A stretch of 64,000 bases of DNA from Antechinus flavipes. Taxonomy: Eukaryota. The stretch covers positions 615,660,001 through 615,724,000 of the forward strand of contig NC_067400.1 in the NCBI RefSeq assembly GCF_016432865.1, given 5' to 3'. This document shows, in pieces, positions 10,901 to 23,560 of this stretch; position 1 is the stretch's first letter, and the number at the start of each line of letters is the position of its first letter. The notes beneath the pieces were generated by a model. It did not search any database, was not told where the DNA came from, and was given only the letters and a program-made list of their open reading frames with translations. A program made the position numbers and the translations under genes.

Positions 10901-12045
10901 GCGCCTCAGTTTCCTTGTCTGTAAAATTGTCTGCTCTGTGATCTTTGTGACCTTGGGCAGCTCCCTACACACTCGTGGCCATCAGCTTCCTTGCCTGGAA
11001 AATAAAAGGAATGATCTAGATGATGACCCCTTCAAGGGACCATCCAGTTCTAATTCTATGACCCTCCGTCTTGGATTCAAATCTTACCCCATCACTCACA
11101 CCTTGCATTGGACCTTGGTTAAGGGAGGCAGCGTAGAACAGTATCTGCCGGAGCAAAGGACTTGGATTCCAATCCTGTGGTCTGATGCTTTCCCTGAGCA
11201 ACTTGTTCTAGTTCTTAGACCTCAGTTTCCCTGTCTGTCACATGATGGACTTGGGTTATTACCGTTCTCATAAAGCACATCCCTCGGTGCACTTTGGGAG
11301 ACCGGTAATCACCAAGCCCATATTTATGGAGGGGTCCCCCTTCCAGCTCTGCACCTGGTCCTGTGACCCTGCGGGAGGACACAGCTCGCCTTCCCCCCGG
11401 CGCACAATGTGACTCGCCGGCTGCTAGAGCCTCTTCCTCCTGTTTCCCTCAGGGGAAAGCCCTGAGATTTTGAAGCCCCTGCACCCTTGGTTACCAACGC
11501 GCCCCAGTGGTGCTCTCCAGATGGGGAAGCCTGGGTGAAGAAACCAGAGAGAGCTCTGTCAGAGCCCCCATCACCAGCGTGGGAGAACTTCCTTGGAGCT
11601 CAGAATCACAAGATCTGAGCGTTGCTGGGGTGGGGGGGAGGGGGATGGTTAGCCACTCAGGGAAAGGGGGGGACGACCAAAGAGAGGCTCTTTGCTGGGA
11701 AGACGATAACTGGCACCAGAAGAAGTACAGGGCTACTCCATTCTTTTTTCCTGTTTTCTCTGCAAAGAGGAAATGACGGTATGAAAGAGCCAAACAAGGA
11801 GTAGAAACACTCTAAGAGAATGAAGGAGCTAGAAAGAGAGCCTCTGGCTGTCCTTTATGGTTCCAGGGAGCCAATGGACCTAGCAGCGGGAGTGGTGATG
11901 AAAAGGATCATGGGAAAGACAAAAGATAGCGCAAGCTGGCAAAGGACGGATGCCATCCTGATTTTTTAAAAGAAAAAGGAGAAAATCTGCTCATTGCTGC
12001 TCAGTAGGCTGGATTTCCATTCCAGGAAAAATTCTAGATTGGATT

Positions 12046-13038
12046 TTTTAAAATAACTTTTTATTGATAGAACTCATGCCAGGGTATTTTTTTACAACAT
12101 TATCCCTTGCATTCACTTCTGTTCCGATTTTTCCCCTCCTTCCCTCTACCCCCTCCCTGAGATGGCAAGCTTTACATGTTGAATAGGTTACAGTATATCC
12201 TAGATACAATATATGTTTGCAGAACCGAACAGTTTTCTTGTTGCACAGGGAGAATTGGATTCATAAGGTACAAATAGTCCGGGAAGAAAAACAAAAATGC
12301 AGGAAGTTTATATTCATCTCCCAGTGTTCTTTCTTTGGGTGTAGCTGCTTCTGCCCATCTTTGATCAACTGAAACTGAATTAGCTCTCTTTCTCGAAGAG
12401 ATCCACTTCCATCAGAATACATCCTCAAACAGTATCGTTGTTGAGGTATATAATGATCTCCTGGTTCTGCTCATTTCACTCAGCATCAGTTCATGTAAGT
12501 CTCGCCAGTCCTCTCTGTATTCATCCTGCTGGTCATTCCTTACAGAACAATAATATTCCATAACGTTCATATACCACAATTTACCCAACCATTCTCCAAT
12601 TGATGGGCATCCATTCATTTTGCAGCTTCTAGCCACTACAAACAGGGCTGCCACAAACATTTTGGCACATACAGATCCCTTTCCTGTCTTTAGTATCTCT
12701 TTGGGATATAAGCCCAGTAGAAACACTGCTGGATCAAAGGGGATGCACAGTTTGATAACTTTTTGAGCATAATTCCAAATTGCTCTCCAGAATGGCTGGA
12801 TGTGTTCTCAATTCCACCAATAATGTATCATTGTCCCTGTTTTCCCACATCCCCTCCAACATTCCCCATTATCTTTCCCTGTCATTCTAGCCGATCTGAC
12901 AGGTGTGTAGTGGTATCTCAGAGTTGTCTTAATTTGCATTTCTCTGATTAATAATGATTTGGAGCATATTTTCATATGTCTATAAATAGTTTCAATTTCT
13001 TCGTCTGAGAATTGTCTGTTCATATCCTTTGACCATTT
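12046..13038 (-). mobile_element. 5'-truncated marsupial LINE-1 (~1 kb) with target-site duplication
   Basis: ORFs 12808-13023 (QIKTTLRYHYTPVR...CWRGCGKTGT) and 12412-12726 (LGLYPKE...FVAALFVVA...WLGKLWYMNVMEYY) are L1 ORF2 C-terminal fragments. TAGATTGGATT is repeated at 12035-12045 and 13039-13049. Confidence 0.9.
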
Positions 13039-13100
13039 TAGATTGGATTGTTAAAGAGACCTTAACAAAATCTAGAAACAGAAGCAGAGATTGCAGAAAA

Positions 13101-13756
13101 GGAACATCACTTCATCCTCAGTATATCACACTGGCCTAGCCTTTCCCCTTGCTAATGTGGTATCTGAGGAAGATAATGTGGATATAATTTAGGTACATTT
13201 TAGCAAAGATTTCAGCAGAACATTTTGTGCGATTCTCATCAGAGAAGAGAAAACATTCAGATAATGGATGAATGGATGGATGGATGCAGTGTTTCTTTAG
13301 CACTTACTATACGCACAGGGGTCCTCAAACTTTTTAAATAAAGGGCCAGTTCACTGTCCCTCAGACTGTTGAAGGGCCGGACTAGAGTAAAAACAAAAAC
13401 TTTGTTTTGTGGGCCTTTAAATAAAGAAACTTCCTAGCCCTGGGTGGGGGGATAAAGGTCCTCAGCTGCCGCATCTGGCCTGTGGGCCGTAGTTTGAGGA
13501 CCCCTGGGCTAAGCAGCCCCTGGAATGTCACTTCATCTCCAAAACGTCACGCTGATCCAGCCTTTCCCCTTTTTTTATGAAATTATGGGGTATCTGAGGA
13601 AGATAATGTGGATATAAGTTAGGTACTTTTTAGCAAAGTTTTCAGCAGAACATTTTGTGCGATTCTCATCAGAGAGAAGAAAAAACATTCTGATAATGGA
13701 TATTTGGATGGCTGCAGGATTTCTTTAGTGCTTTCTATGGGCTAAGCAGCCCCTGG
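13101..13756 (+). repeat. Local tandem duplication (~230 bp) of an L3/CR1 fragment; copy 1 carries the hAT MITE
   Basis: ggaacatcacttcatc...tatctgaggaagataatgtggatataa...cattttgtgcgattctcatcagag...ggctaagcagcccctgg occurs at 13101-13523 and again at 13522-13756. Confidence 0.85.
13316..13506. mobile_element. Non-autonomous hAT DNA transposon (MITE), OposCharlie1/OC1-like, 191 bp
   Basis: Perfect 16-bp terminal inverted repeats: CAGGGGTCCTCAAACT (13316-13331) and AGTTTGAGGACCCCTG (13491-13506). The OC1 assignment rests on recall of this TIR. Confidence 0.85.
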
Positions 13757-14269
13757 CCTTAGGAAGCTTGCATTCTGATGGGGGAGACAACAATACAGGG
13801 AAGATATCGGCTACAAAGATAGAAAAGCCCCATGGTCCTTAGGGGGCAGCAGCAAAGCAGATAGTGATGCTTTTCCTTGAAGGCCATTTCCTCTGATAAA
13901 ATCATTCCGTTTCTGACATTGATAGTAGCAAGCACTTGGCGATGAAAACTTTTCTTTCTGAATCTTCAGACGGCCCCTGTGGAAGCAATTTTCAGGCATC
14001 TCCACAGGGACGGTTCCAGGGATGATGGCTGGGGGCACCAGATTGTTGCTGGCAACGAGGAGGACCCCTTCTACCTAAGGGCCTCTTCCCCCAGTGATGG
14101 CGATGGGGACTGGAAGCACACCAGGTGGTTTGGGGGACGCTTGTTCAATCCAAGGCTCTTGGGTTCAGGGTCATGGGCTATCCTGTCAGGATCTGAGGGG
14201 AAACGGTGGTCAAGGTGGGGGTGACGATTCAGCATCTGCTGCCTCATGTCTTTCTTTGCTGCTTCAACT

Positions 14270-15090
14270 ATGCTAGGTGTATTTTAGAACAGGTTTGATG
14301 GCCGTTCTCCAAGAGTGGTTATTAAATATTCAGTGACGGGGTGACAGGAAGTCTCTAGCGAAGGGCCCCAAGCTTGGCTGTGTGCTGTTTAAGCTGGTTA
14401 TCAACGCTTTGGCTAAAGGCATAAGTAGGATGCTCATTAAATGTACAGATGAAACCAAGCCAGGAGGCGTGTTCCACTCTGGAGAACAGCCAGGAGCCAG
14501 AAGAACTTTGACATGGGAGCCCTGAGAAGAATATAACAAGATGAAATTCACTGGGCTTGAATGTAAAGGGAGACAAAAGTCAACATCTGAATATAAAGTG
14601 GGGAAACCAGGGTTGGGCAGGAACTGTTCTGGAAAAGGGCTACAGAGGAGGGGGATCCAGCCCCGAATGAGCCAAAAGCTGATTCAAGAGCATCCTGGCT
14701 TCCAGGAACAGGGAGTGATGGTCCCGCTGCCCTGGGCCCTCATCAGACCTCATCTGAAATGTTACATCCACTTGTGGCTGAGGAAGGGCGTCGATAAGCT
14801 GCCTAGAGAGTGCCCACAGCGGGGCAGGCAGGAGACTGAAGGCCTGCAGTCTGTGTCAGGGGGCCCTGGTAGAAAGAACTGGTATATTTAACTTGAGAAG
14901 ACTGAGGTGGGGAAGGAGAAGGGAGACTGATGGGGTCCAAGTATCTTCAGGTCTGTTGGGAGGAAGGGATCGGGATCGGACTTGGGCAGACCCAGAAGGG
15001 ACAGAGGGCATTTGTAAAGAGGCAGATCCGGGCTTAATGTTGGGAAACATTTCCTAGTGGTTAGAGCTGTCCACGAATGGACCGGGCCTT
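14270..15090 (+). mobile_element. L3/CR1 LINE fossil (reverse-transcriptase 3' region)
   Basis: Decayed CR1 RT motifs: ...ggatgctcattaaatgtacagatgaaaccaagccaggagg (cf. LIKFADDTKLGG) and WALIRPHLKCYIHLW...DKL in ORF 14541-14891. Confidence 0.75.
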
Positions 15091-15176
15091 AGTGAGAGGT
15101 GGGGGCTTCTGCCTTCTTGGAGGATCTCGAACACAGATTTAATTGATTATTTATAGGGTCCTTTGGTTGGCCATAG

Positions 15177-15405
15177 GGCAGCCAGGGGGCACCGCAGCAC
15201 CAGGCCTGGAATCAGGACTCATCTTGCCGGGTTCAAATCCGGCCTCAGACACTTCCCAGTCATTTCATGATGTCTACCTTGGTTTTCTCCTCTGTAAAAT
15301 GAGCCGGAGAAGGAACTGGCAAGCCGTTCCTGTAACTCTGCCAAGAAAACCCGAAGTGGGGTCACAAAGAGTCAGACACAACTGAAAAACGCCTGAACGA
15401 CAAAT
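15177..15405 (+). mobile_element. MAR1-like CORE-SINE
   Basis: tRNA-like head (caggcctggaatcagga...gggttcaaatccggcctcagacact), core (ctctgtaaaatgag) and RTE-type tail (ctttgccaagaaaacc-like...ggggtcacaaagagtcagacacaactgaa). Confidence 0.75.
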
Positions 15406-15704
15406 TATGGGCACTCCTTTTCCTTGTGGGTTGAACCAGATGCCTACCGAGCTCCCCTCCAACTCCCAGATTCTGATTCCGAGGTTCTAGGCAACCAGGA
15501 GTTGGACTTCCCTGTGCCCCTCTCCCCCTTTCCTTGTGACAAGGAGTATCTAGGTACAGACAGGAGTCAGAGCTTAGGGAGCAGGTCAACACCTGTTCTT
15601 TCTGGGGACAGAGAGGAGAGGTCAGAGTATAAGATTACTGGAGAGCCTGAGGACGGCTTGATGACTTGACCACATCAAGCCTGCTCTCAAGTAGACTCTG
15701 TATG

Positions 15705-15958
15705 TGTGTGTGTGACAGAGAGAGACAGACACAGAGACGGAGAAAAAGAGGGGGAGAGGGAAAAAGAAAGAGAGGGAGAGACAGACATACACAGAGCCAG
15801 AGAAAAAGAGGGGGAGAGGGAGAGAGAGAGGAGAGGGAGAGGGAAAGAGAAAGGGAAGGAGAGACAGACACATACACACAGAGAGAGAGAGAGAGAAAAG
15901 GAGGGGGAGAAAGAGACAGAGACAGGAGAGGGAGAGGGAAAGAGAAAGGGAAGGAGAG

Positions 15959-16012
<54 letters not shown>

Positions 16013-16070
16013 AGGGGGAGAGAGAGGAAGGGAGGGAAAGACAGAGACACAGGAGAGAGAGATGAGATGA
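15705..16070 (+). repeat. (GA)n / GA-rich low-complexity repeat
   Basis: Includes a pure (GA)n run at about 15965-16007 inside gagagacagacac-type variants. Confidence 0.9.
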
Positions 16071-17453
16071 AAGATTGGGACAAACTTCCAACTTATTTAG
16101 ACATAGAGTGTTGGAGACAATGAGAAGGGCCAAGTGATTCCAAGGGATAATGAGATTTAGGGTTGGAAGGGACCTCTGAGGCTGTCAGGTCCAACCTCCT
16201 CTTTTTTCAGATGAGGAAACTGAGGCCCTGGGTGAGTCAATTCCTCAAGATTTCTGTTCTCCCCCTCCAAAGAAGGAACTGGTGGATCTCAATGCAGGCT
16301 GAAGCAGACTTTTTTCCTTCCTTTTTTTCTTCTTGGTTTGTATTTTCTTTTGCAACATGACTGTTATGGAAATATTTTGCATTGACTGCACCTGTATAAT
16401 CTAGATCAAATTGCTTGCCTTCTCAAGGAAAGAGAATTTGGGAAATTAAAAAAAAAAGTTTAAACTGTTTTACATGTAATTGAGAAAATAACATAAAATT
16501 AAAATTACATTTAAAAAAGAAAAGAAAATGAGTTTCCTTAAACAAGCATTTATCAGGTGCCTCCATGTACTGTGCTCGTGCTTTACAAACATCGCAAGGG
16601 ATTCTCACAACCTTGGGGAAAGACCGTTGAGGAAACGGCAGCCAGGTGACTTGACCACAAGTGTGCTCAGCTCCAGCTGCCCCTGGGAGGCTGGAGACTC
16701 ATCAGTCCAGCCTCCGTCTGAGTTTTCGGTGCAGACCAAACCTTGGGGGCTCTGGCCTGTCCCTGCCAGGGTCTAGACGCGCCTGGTTTTCCCCTCTCTT
16801 TTTGTAGCTTCCTCAGGACAGGGCCCGGCTCTTGGGGCTTCATGTGTGTTGACTGCTGGCTGCGCGGCCCCCACCTGCTTGGTCAGGGCGTCCCAGCCTC
16901 GGGGAGAGGAGAATAGGGTGGAGAGGGTCACAGAGCCCGGAGGCGGGTGAGGGCGGGGGTAGCTGCTCCTGCTCGCGGGGAGCCCGGGGGCCTTTCTCAC
17001 CTCTGCCTTGTTTACTTTCCTATCCGAGCAGAGGGTGGAGAAGGCCCTCGGGGAAAAGCGAGCCGGCCCCTCCCCGCGCCCTGGTCACACCTGAGGATCT
17101 GGCCAGGGCTCTGACAGTGCCCCGGCCATTATTTATTCAAGAGCCGGTGTTAGGTGGCAGTGAGCGCCCGGCTGGTCCCTCCCCCGGGCCCGGTGCGTGC
17201 GCCCGGCCCTTCGGGCCCTGCTTGGGGCAGGTGGAGGCGGCTGCCCCCGCTCCCCGAGGGACCCCCGGCATCTGGGGCGTGGGAGGGAGTCTCCGTCGGG
17301 ACCTCCCGCTCCCTGCAGGGTTCGCTTTCTCTCACCTAAAGGGGAGGCCGGTGGGCCGCCCCAGGGACGCCGGAGCAGAAGGGCTCCGTGGAATGGAAGC
17401 TCTTGGAGGGCAGGGCGCGCTCCCTTTCTCCCCCGCTGTGTCCGTACGGTGCC

Positions 17454-17540
17454 GGCACACAGTAGGCGCTCGGGAAATGCTTGGCACACAGTAGGCGCTC
17501 GGTAAATGCTTGGCACACAGTAGGCGCTCGGTAAATGCTT
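17454..17540 (+). repeat. Three tandem 29-bp copies of an L2 3'-tail sequence
   Basis: ggcacacagtaggcgctcgg(t/g)aaatgctt starts at 17454, 17483 and 17512. It resembles the L2 tail ggcacatagtaggcgcttaataaatg. Confidence 0.85.
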
Positions 17541-18574
17541 GTGGAATCGGTTGCCGCGCCGCTCTGGGGGCCTGCCCCCCCCCCCCCATCCGCTGGCCAG
17601 AAGGGGCCCCCAGGCCGGGACGGGAGCGAGACTTGCGCAATGTCAGCCTGGCAAGGAGCCGCTGGGACTCGGCCTCGTGGCCCGGCCTCCCCTTGGCAGC
17701 GCGGTGGGGCTTGGGAAAGCCTGAAGCTGTTTCCCTTAGAGATTAAGTCTAGCGGGAACTGGAGCCAAGAGGTGGGTCTGGGTCGGAGGGAGTGCAACGG
17801 GAAGGAGCGAGCAGCTAGCACCCCTGGGGGGCGGGGGAGGGGGAGAAAGGGGGTGTGGCCGTCCCGGCCAATCCCGACCTGAGCACTCTTAACCCTCCTT
17901 CTGCTGGCTTGCGGGGGACCCCTCCCCCTGGGCTCGGAACTGGAAAGGGCCTTGGTTTCGGCGAGTAAAAATCACCCCCCGGGGCGGGAGGCTCAGAAGC
18001 CCCTTAGTCCAACCTCCCCGAGTCACAGGGTGAAGGAGGAAGCCCGGGGGGAGAGGACTGCCCCCCAATGTCCCGCAGCGAGTCGGCGGGCCCGGAATTC
18101 AGACTGCGGGTCAGGACTTTTCCTATCGTTGCCTTATTCGAGGCCCTAGAGAAGGGGAGAGGTCCCTGAGGTGCTGGGAGGGGGGCCCAGGCCAGGGGAG
18201 GGGAGCCCCGGGAGGAAGGCTCGGGAGGAGGGCCCGAGCGCATCCATTTCCCTTTCCCGTAGACCACTGCCTCCCGCGCTCTCCCCCAGCGGCCCCAGTT
18301 CCCCCTTTGTCTCCCTACAGCCTCTGCACCTTCTCTCGAGGTCTCTGCTTGCCTCTCCTCCCCCGCCCCCTCTCCCCATCTGGCATCCGGTTCCCTCCAG
18401 GCCTTGGGGTGCGGTTCTCAGCATAAAGCCGGCTCAGTCCTGCCTTCTCCCCTTCCTGCAACAGACTGAGCCGATTCCTTTAGGTGCATCTCCGGGGCAG
18501 AAGCAGCCACATCCTGACCCTCCCGTCTGCGCTCGGGGCAGCCGCAGCCAGCTTCCAGCCTGTCCGTCCTTCCC

Positions 18575-18937
18575 CCTCCTTGTGTCTCCTCCCTGGACTT
18601 TCAGGGGGCATCCCCCTCCTCCCCCGCCCTCCTTGCTCCCTCTGAGGGCTCCCTCCTTGTGTCTCCTCCCAGGACTTTCAGGGGGCATCCCCCTCCTCCT
18701 CCCGCCCTCCTTGCTCCCTCTGAGGGCTCCCTCCTTGTGTCTCCTCCCTGGGGGAGGCATCCCCCTCCTCCCCCGCCCTCCTTGCTCCCTTTGAGGGTCC
18801 CTTCCTTGTGTCTCCTCCCTGGGGGAGGCATCCCCCTCCTCCCCCGCCCTCCTTGCTCCCTCTGAGGGCTCCCTCCTTGTGTCTCCTCCCTGGGGGAGGC
18901 ATCCCCCTCCTCCCCCCACCCTCCTTGCTCCCTCTGA
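18575..18937 (+). repeat. Pyrimidine-rich minisatellite with ~61-77 bp units, about 5 copies
   Basis: Repeats of ggcatccccctcctcccccgccctccttgctccctctgagggctccctccttgtgtctcctccc with two linker variants (ggactttcaggg or tgggggag). Confidence 0.9.
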
Positions 18938-19469
18938 CTGTCCCCTTCTTGCCGGATCCTTCTCCAGATCCTGCCCTCTGACCCTAAATGCCTCCCAGGG
19001 TTCTATCCCCTCTTCTCTCCTGCTTCTTTTTGGTGAAGCTTCCATGGATTTAATCCCTATCCCTAGGCTGATGATTCCCAAATCTGCCCCCTCTGCTCGG
19101 TTCCAACCTCACACCTCCAACTAACTGCCTTCCAGCCAACAAACAAGGAAAATAAAATTAAAAAGTAGGCTTTGAATCGCATTCAGAGCCACAGTTCTTT
19201 CTCTGCAAGCGGATCGCATTTTTCATCCCGTGGCCCTCAGCATCCTCTTGTGCCTCTGAGAAAAGTTAGTGACAGTTGATCTTTGTGCAATATTGTGATT
19301 GTGGGCAATACTATCCTGCTTCTGCTCACCTCATAGAGACTCCCTGCTTATCCCTTCCCATAACACAACAGTACTCCCCGACAATATGCACCGGGTTCAG
19401 TGCTCCCTCGGTTGCTGGGCATCCCTTCAATTTCCTACTCTTTGCCGCCACAAAAAAAAAAAAAAAAAA

Positions 19470-20200
19470 AAAAAAAGGAGCGACTACAAATATCTTCGTC
19501 CGCCCAGGTCTTTTTCCTTTTCCTTTGATCTCTTGAGGTAGAGAACTATTTGTAAAATTATTAGTTCAAAAAGTATGCACAGCTTTATAACCCTTTGGGC
19601 CCAGTTCCAGATTGCTCTTCAGAATGGCTGGATCAGTTCACAACTCCACCAACAATCCTACTTTTCCCACATTCCCTCCAACATTTGTCATTTTCTTTTT
19701 CTGTCATATTAGTCATCCTGATAGGGATGAGGTGATACCCCGGAATTGTCTTCATTTTGCATTTCTCTAATGTGATTTAGAGCATGATTTCTTCTTCTGA
19801 AAACTCCCTGTTCATATCCCCCGACCTTTTATCAATTGGGGAATGACTTGTATTCTTACAAACAGGAATCAGTTCTCTATATATTTGAGAAATGATACCT
19901 TTGTCAGATAAACTTGTTGTAAAATCTTCCCTCCCCCCCAGTTTTCTGCTGCCCTTCTAATCTTGGTTTTGTTTGTGTAAACCCTTTTTAATTTGGTGTA
20001 ATTGAAATTATCCCGTTTATATCCCATAATACTTTCTATCTTATTTGGCAATACTTTTTCCTTATCTGTAGATCTGACAGGTTCCCTTAATTGGCTTATG
20101 CCATTATCCTTTATGTCTAAATCCTGTACTCATTTTGACCTTATCTCAGATGTTGGTTTATGTCTAGTTTCTGCTAACCTGCTTTCCAGTTCTCCTCAGT
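19470..20200 (-). mobile_element. Older L1 ORF2 fragment
   Basis: cagttcacaactccaccaacaat...cattccctccaacattt...tgcatttctctaat...ctgttcatatcc is the antisense of the L1 ORF2 C-terminal region. Boundaries are approximate. Confidence 0.7.
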
Positions 20201-22759
20201 CTAGAATGAGGAAGACTTGAGTTCAAATGTGGCCTCAAGGCACTTAATACTGGTTGTATGAACTTGGGCAGTCACTTAATCCCAATTTCCTCAAAAAAAA
20301 CCCCAAAAAACAAAAAATAACAACAATAAAAACCAGTTTTCCTAGCACTTTTTGCTAAATAGCGGTTTTTTGGTCCCCAAAGCTTGGCTCTTAGGTTTAT
20401 CAAATATTACACATCTAACTACTATATATTGTGGTTCCTAATCTATTCCACTGATCTATCTAAAAAGAGACTGGAGGGTAAAATTCGGTCATCTAACCCT
20501 CCATCCAGTTGTTTGATGACTACCATTTTGTAATTCACCCCCACTCCCTCTTAATTCCTGGGACTTTTCTCCTTTTATGTAGTTTGTACATCTTTATTTT
20601 GCTTAATGCCCCCCCCCCCATTAAACTGTTAAGATCCTTAAAGGCAGGGGTTGACTTTTGCCTCTTTTTGTATCCCTGTATTTTAGCACAGCCCCTGGTA
20701 AACAGTAATAGCTTAATAAATATTTATTGACTGATTGGGGGTGTAATTCCTCGTTTACTGGGGGTCTCTCTGGACCTGAGCTTCACCTAACCTTTGTTTT
20801 TAGTCCAAGAGACTGTATGAGAGTCCTTGCTGGAAGAAAGGTGTGATTTGAGAAGGGATTAAAAATATCCTTAGGTATTCGCTTTATGAATTTAGCTCCC
20901 TTTAATTTTTTGAATCTAAAATCAGATCTAAACAGGTCAGGACTTTCGAGATGGTCTAAGAGGAACAGTAACTGGAGTGCTGGACCTGGAGACCTGGGTT
21001 CAAATTCTGACTCAGGGCAACTTAGTTGTCTGAAGTAGCCTAAGGAAGAGACAGACCAGTCAAATGATATCGCTCCTTTGGTGAATAGTCCAGGTGTCAG
21101 AATCTAGGAACTTCTGGGAATTTCAGGGCATCACCTGCTTGTAGGTAAATCGGAGGGTCCCTCGTTATTGTGTCCGTCCCTCCAAACCATCAGTCCTTCT
21201 ACCAGTCAAATACACCTTCCCCCAACCGTCATTCAGGAAAGCAACCTTTATGGAGATCTGTCTACAACCTCCCCTCAAGCTTCCTGAAGCAGTCAAAGCT
21301 CCTGAAGACCCAGAAAAGAAAGTTCTTAACACTAAATGTGGTTTTATCCATGGAAATGACATTCAAGAAGAATCATTGTTTTATGTGACCTTTCCAGCTA
21401 CCTTGTGGCTGTAACCTCATGGTGTGAGAACTGGGGCCGTGCTGCTTTTCCATTAGTATTTGCACATAGTAGGCACTTAATAAATGCTTTTCCATTCCCT
21501 AATTGGGGATTTCATGGGCTCTTCATTGGATCTATGAACTTTATTGTATAGATGGGGAAACCAAGACTGACACATATGATGATTTGGGCCCCAAATTGTG
21601 ATTTCCAAGTCAGAAATGGAGTCCTGCAGGTTCTGGGGTTCTGAGAACAGAGAGCTAGAGAGTGTTGGAGGGAGATGGGGGGGCCATGGGTGGTCTCCCG
21701 AGAGGAGGAGCCCCAGGGGGGTGGGGAGGTGCTGGAAGGAACACAGAGGGAAGGATGCTGGGAGCTGTGCAGCCTCGTTAGGCTAGAGCTATTCTAAGAA
21801 TCTTGGCCCGATTTCAGTTGCTTTCCGGTTAAGACCAGATATTGCCAGGTGACTTGAGTCCATCCAAGGGGATTTGTTCTTGGATACCCTCCAGCCAGAG
21901 TCACTGGCCACTGTCACCATTTAAGATTATGTAAGGGTACTCATCTGCCCCAACCCTCCACCAGGTTCCCATTTTACTGAAAAGGAAGCTAAGAGCATCC
22001 CATAGTCCACACAGTGGCCAAACTGGTGTGGCTAAGGGCCACCTAACTTTGTGGCTTCCTCTGCCGCAGGGCCCTCCTTTGTGTCCCTGGGGCTTTGAAG
22101 ATTAAGTACAAACGCCTCAGTTTCCTCTCCAGAACATCCACTGGAATCTCAGGCTCTGGAAACCATTCCCCCTCAAAGCTTCCAAAGCCCTGGACATCTC
22201 ACCTTGGCCCCACCCATACAGCCTCTCTTTCCTTTGGCTGGTTCCTCCCAGAGGCCCATTTTAAGGAAGAATCCAGGTCTTTATCTCTCTCCAGGCTGCT
22301 TACCAGACTCTCCCCTCCATAACCCCAAGCTGGGTACCTTTGTCTCTTCCTTCTTCCATTCCACTTTTTACCTTTGCTATATTGTCCTCCTCTTTTAGAA
22401 TATAAGTTCCTTGAGGGCAGGAACTACCTTTTTTTTTCTTCTTATATTTAATATCCCAATCAGTATCTTAGCATTTGGTGCCTGCACAAAGTAGTCAACT
22501 CAGTCTGGAGTGTAAAGTCCTTCACAACTGACTGCCTTCCCTTCCTGAGGTTCTCTGCCTGAACTCGGACCTGCAGCTAAACTTACCTGATTATTTTTCT
22601 ACACTGTCTTTCTATCTCCTGCTTCGGCATGGACTATTCCTCATGCCTCAAATAGTCTCCATAGTCACTTCTACCTCTTAAGAGAGAAAGAGAAGATCAG
22701 GAACCTGGCTGAGGCCTGAAAGCTAGAAGACCTCATCCTGTATCTGAAGTTTACTTACT

Positions 22760-23560
22760 ATCTTTATTTTTCAACTTAGATTTTATTTTATTTAAAAATG
22801 TTCAATAGTATTTTATTTTCCAAATATATGTAAAGATAGTTTTCAACATTGATTTTTGTAAGGCTTTGTGCGCCAACTTTTTCTCTCACCCTACCTTCCT
22901 TCCCCCTTCCCCAAAACAATAAATAATCTGATATAGGTTAAATATGTGTATTCTTTTAAAATATACTTCCATATTTGTCATTGTTGTGCAAGAAAAAGCA
23001 GATCAAAAGAGAAAAAACTATGAAAAAGAAAAAAACAAACAAAAAAGTGAAAATCCTCTGCTTTGATCCCATATTCAGTCTCCATAGTCCTCTCTCTGGG
23101 TACAGATGGCTCTCTTCATCACAAGTCTATGGGAAGTGCCTTATATCACCTCATTGTTGAAAAGAGCCATGTCCATGAGAATTGATGATTGTATAATCTT
23201 GTTGTTGCCGTGTATAATGATCTCTTGGTTTTAGTCACTTTACTCGGCATCAGTTCATGTAAGTCTCCCCACTCTGAAATCATCCTACTGATCATTTCTT
23301 ATACAATAGTAATATTCCATAACATTGATATAACATTATTCAGCCACTGATGGGCATCCACCCAGTTTCCAGCTTCTTGCCACTACAAAAAGGGCCGCCA
23401 CAAACATTTGTGCACATGTGGGGCCCTTTTCCTCCTTTAAAATCTCTTTGGGATACAGGCCCAGTAGAAACACAGCTGAGACAGAAGTAACCATGAATTC
23501 TGGGAGATGGAAGTGATGGGAAGTCCCCCAAAGGGGATGCAGTCTGACAGCCTTTGGGCA
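22760..23560 (-). mobile_element. Marsupial L1 3' fragment carrying a short templated insertion at 23476-23530
   Basis: Same L1 3'UTR/ORF2 antisense motifs as 12046-13038 (cagtttc...ccactacaaaaagggccgccacaaacattt...cccagtagaaacac). Confidence 0.75.

Noticed and set aside
19450-19480. Long poly-A run suggesting a retrocopy tail
   Set aside because: It sits inside an antisense L1 at the consensus ccacaaaaag-type position, so it is a homopolymer expansion (or read error). There is no upstream retrocopy or TSD.
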